Shown here piece by piece: positions 61,501 through 64,000 of a stretch of 64,000 bases of DNA; within the stretch, counting starts at the first letter, position 1, and each line of letters starts with the position of its first letter. The notes below the pieces were generated by a model, which saw nothing but the letters and a program-made list of their open reading frames with translations, had not been told where the DNA came from and did no database searches. The stretch comes from Raillietiella orientalis (Eukaryota). Made by a program: the position numbers and the translations under genes. The stretch covers positions 2,356,001 to 2,420,000 of the forward strand of contig JAYWIR010000007.1 in the NCBI GenBank assembly GCA_036172245.1, in the 5' to 3' direction.

Positions 61501-64000
61501 GCCCCCCTCCCTCCTTCCTTCTTCGTTCTTCTGACCGCCTTCAGCCGCAGACCGCGCGTGCGAATGGAGCGACTCCTTCCTGTGCGTGCGCGCGCGTCGC
61601 GTCGACCCCATTCAACACCCCCCTTTCCCCCCCAGAACAGGTGGCACTTTCACTTCTGTTGCCTTTTTCCTTCCTGCCGCCCAGCCTCCGCCTCGCTGCC
61701 TTTCGCAGTTGTCGCCGTCGCCATGGTTGCGTTTCCCTTCTCATGTTCTCCTCGCGCCGCCGCCCGTTGCCATCGTGACCGGCGTCCGGGGAAACCCATC
61801 GCGGAGCGTTTAATCGATACTGAGTCTTCGGTCCCGGGGGCGGAGAGCGCGCATCTGGTTTGAAAAGGGATGGTCACTCTGGCAACTCCTCCGGATCCTC
61901 GTGATGTCTTCTCGGTGTTCCGTGTGCCCCGGGCGATCCACGGACGAAGCGCGTTCACGGGACAGGACTGTCGCTCAGCGCCCCTAATAAGCGGACAAGA
62001 ACTTGAGTGATCCGCCTGCGGGTCAGGTGCCTCTGGAGTGTGCTCGCCAGAGACACGGAAGCGCCCACCGGAAGTGGTCTCCAGGACAGCCTCGTTCCAG
62101 GAAGTCTGAGTGCGTAACCACTGGAAGGATGCTTCAGCGTCCAGCATATCTCAGAAGACGGCGAACAAACTTCCGAATCGAAACACACTCGCCGTCCTAT
62201 CCTGTTGCGCGCGGAAGGATCATCATCCCACGAGATGGTGCGCGGACTCGCGCGAAACAGCTGCCTCCGCAGGTCTGGGCATGTTCCCTGGCAACCAGAG
62301 TCCGAGATTTTGCTTCCTGAGGATGCGTTCAGCAGAAAGGGCACCTCCATGGGGCTCTCTTTCCTGCTTCTATGGGAACTCTGAGGCGCTCCTGCTGCTG
62401 CCGTTCCTGAAATGGGAGCGCTCGCCTGTCATTCCGCTCTGGTGTCCATGGACACCGATCTCAGTCCTGCCTCAGAAAGGAAAGGAAAGAAGCAGAATTG
62501 GATCGTCGTCACACGTCGAGCAGTAACGGACGGACGGCTCCCTCCTTCGCTCAGCGTCCGGCACGGACTCGCTCCCAGAAACCCAGGGAATGTGCTCGCG
62601 CCAGCTCTGCACTCCTCTGGCGGAGCCGGAAAGATGGGGGCGCCGCTCGCGCGAGATTTGCGCGGAGCGACAGTTTACGCGGCGGCTCTCAGCACGTGTG
62701 TGCGAGCGACAAAGAGCCGAGGGAGGAGGACCTGGGAAGGAGAGGCCGGGAAGAGCTGGACCTTCTGTAGCCCTTGCAGGAGGTCCCCTCTGCCCACCTC
62801 CGGTCCGAAACCGAGCGAGGGGCATCTGAGCGGTGTATCGCGCGTGCTATCCCTTGGTTTTTTTGCCGAGGTCGCTCCTTCTCGCTGGCTTGTTCGAACC
62901 TTCCCGCGCCCGCGCAGCTCCCGGGGGTCCCTCTTCCCGGAAGCACCGCGTTGCCACCCTCCCCTTACGGGCCGTCGCTTGGGCAAATGGCTGACACTTC
63001 CAGAGTTCCCGTCAATCCTCTCCCCTTCCATCTCGCTCGCGCCCCTTGCCACCCTCGTGGGTCCTCTGCCATCTCTCAATTCCTCAAGGGGAGGAGTATT
63101 TTGGAACCCACCTCTTTCCCCGCCTGTGGATGCGCAATGACTGGGATGGTGGCGGAGGAGGATGGGACACTCGTGTGCTTCCGGGTGAGAGGAATGGTGG
63201 TAGAGGGGAAAGAGATGGGGAGGATCGAACCACGGGGACTTCTGGGAGGGAGCTCTCGAGTCCTCTCCAGGTTTCTCAGGAGACGCGGCCGCGGGGAGGC
63301 TGCCGCTCCCAGTGGTGAAGTTTCCTGGAACGCTGCTACTCTCCCCCCCCCCTATGTTCCCACTGCCCAGGGTGCACGGCCGTGACCGTGGTGCCTCTTT
63401 GGAGGCACGGGTAGGACCGGAGACAGGAGGGTCTTCGATCGATCTCGAAGAGTTGCATTCACTTCTCTCGCAGCATCCAAGGCATCCAAGGATGCGGGAA
63501 GGTTGACCCGAAGCCAGATGGGTACGCTGGAGGTCGCTCTTCCCTTGCCCACCCTCGACGGGAGCAGACTGGAGGACTCGAGGATGGCGCGGATGAGGCA
63601 CGCCCTTGCCGGAGATCGATCTCGGATAGACATGGCCCCCCTGCCCCAGGGATCTGCCGGAAGTAGGATGGAGGGACGGAAGCAAGGAAGAAGGGAATGG
63701 GGGAACCGAGGAGTCCTGGGGATCCGAGGCGCAGTGGTCCCTCTTGAGTCTCCTCTCTTGCCGGGACTCTCCGGGGCAGGCAGGCCCGTGTCGCAACCTC
63801 GGAGCCATCCTGGACGCGAGGCAGGCAAGGAGGGAGGGAGTGATCCCGCGACCTCTCACCGCGTGTCCTTCCATCCGAGCGCGGCCCTCCGTCCACGAGG
63901 GACGCACCTGCTCCAGCCCTGTGCATGCGGGGGAGTAGACCGTGGGCTCCTCGCGAGCACACCTGAAGATCCGGACCCTCCGAGACGCGGGACTTCCGGG
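58600..64000 (-). mobile_element. Near full-length degenerate L1/Tx1-like LINE (ORF1, APE, RT remnants)
   Basis: Ordered motifs: IWLRVNLP (ORF1-like, ~63510), SSGYAL and LLGA (APE-like, 62100-61970), GSPGV (~61195), PFLGIR (~60115). Nucleotide homology 60600-60680 with 52660-52740 and ~61355 with ~53390. Confidence 0.65.

Noticed and set aside
62675..63907. Longest ORF in the window (410 aa) as a host gene
   Set aside because: Low-complexity Pro/Ser/Gly/Arg translation within the LINE ORF1 region; the recognisable motif lies in another frame.

Overview
Eukaryotic, probably arthropod, GC-rich genomic DNA with spliceosomal introns and no prokaryotic features. Two protein-coding genes are supported. 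One is a two-exon Ras-superfamily GTPase of the Di-Ras/RASD (Rhes)-like group (+, 45773-46215 joined to 46965-47271, 249 aa, CaaX = CRVS). The other is an unrecognised multi-exon gene on the minus strand (phase-consistent exons 8448-8252, 6622-6504, 5040-4589; 3' end uncertain). Most of the remaining GC-rich sequence reads as heavily frameshifted L1/Tx1-like non-LTR retrotransposon relics. About 20 fragments were recognised by eye from ordered APE, RT and CCHC motifs, mostly on the minus strand, so their boundaries are approximate. Notable oddities: (1) a ~490-bp copy of the GTPase intron/exon-2 junction inside a LINE RT upstream of the gene, with a ~347-bp near-identical core and diverged flanks; (2) a degenerate tRNA-His-like sequence abutting the 5' end of a LINE, followed by a hairpin and a minisatellite; (3) a shared poly(A)-less LINE 3' terminus; (4) a TA-flanked MITE-like element; (5) two perfect palindromes. 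No database searches were run; all homology calls are from motif recognition.
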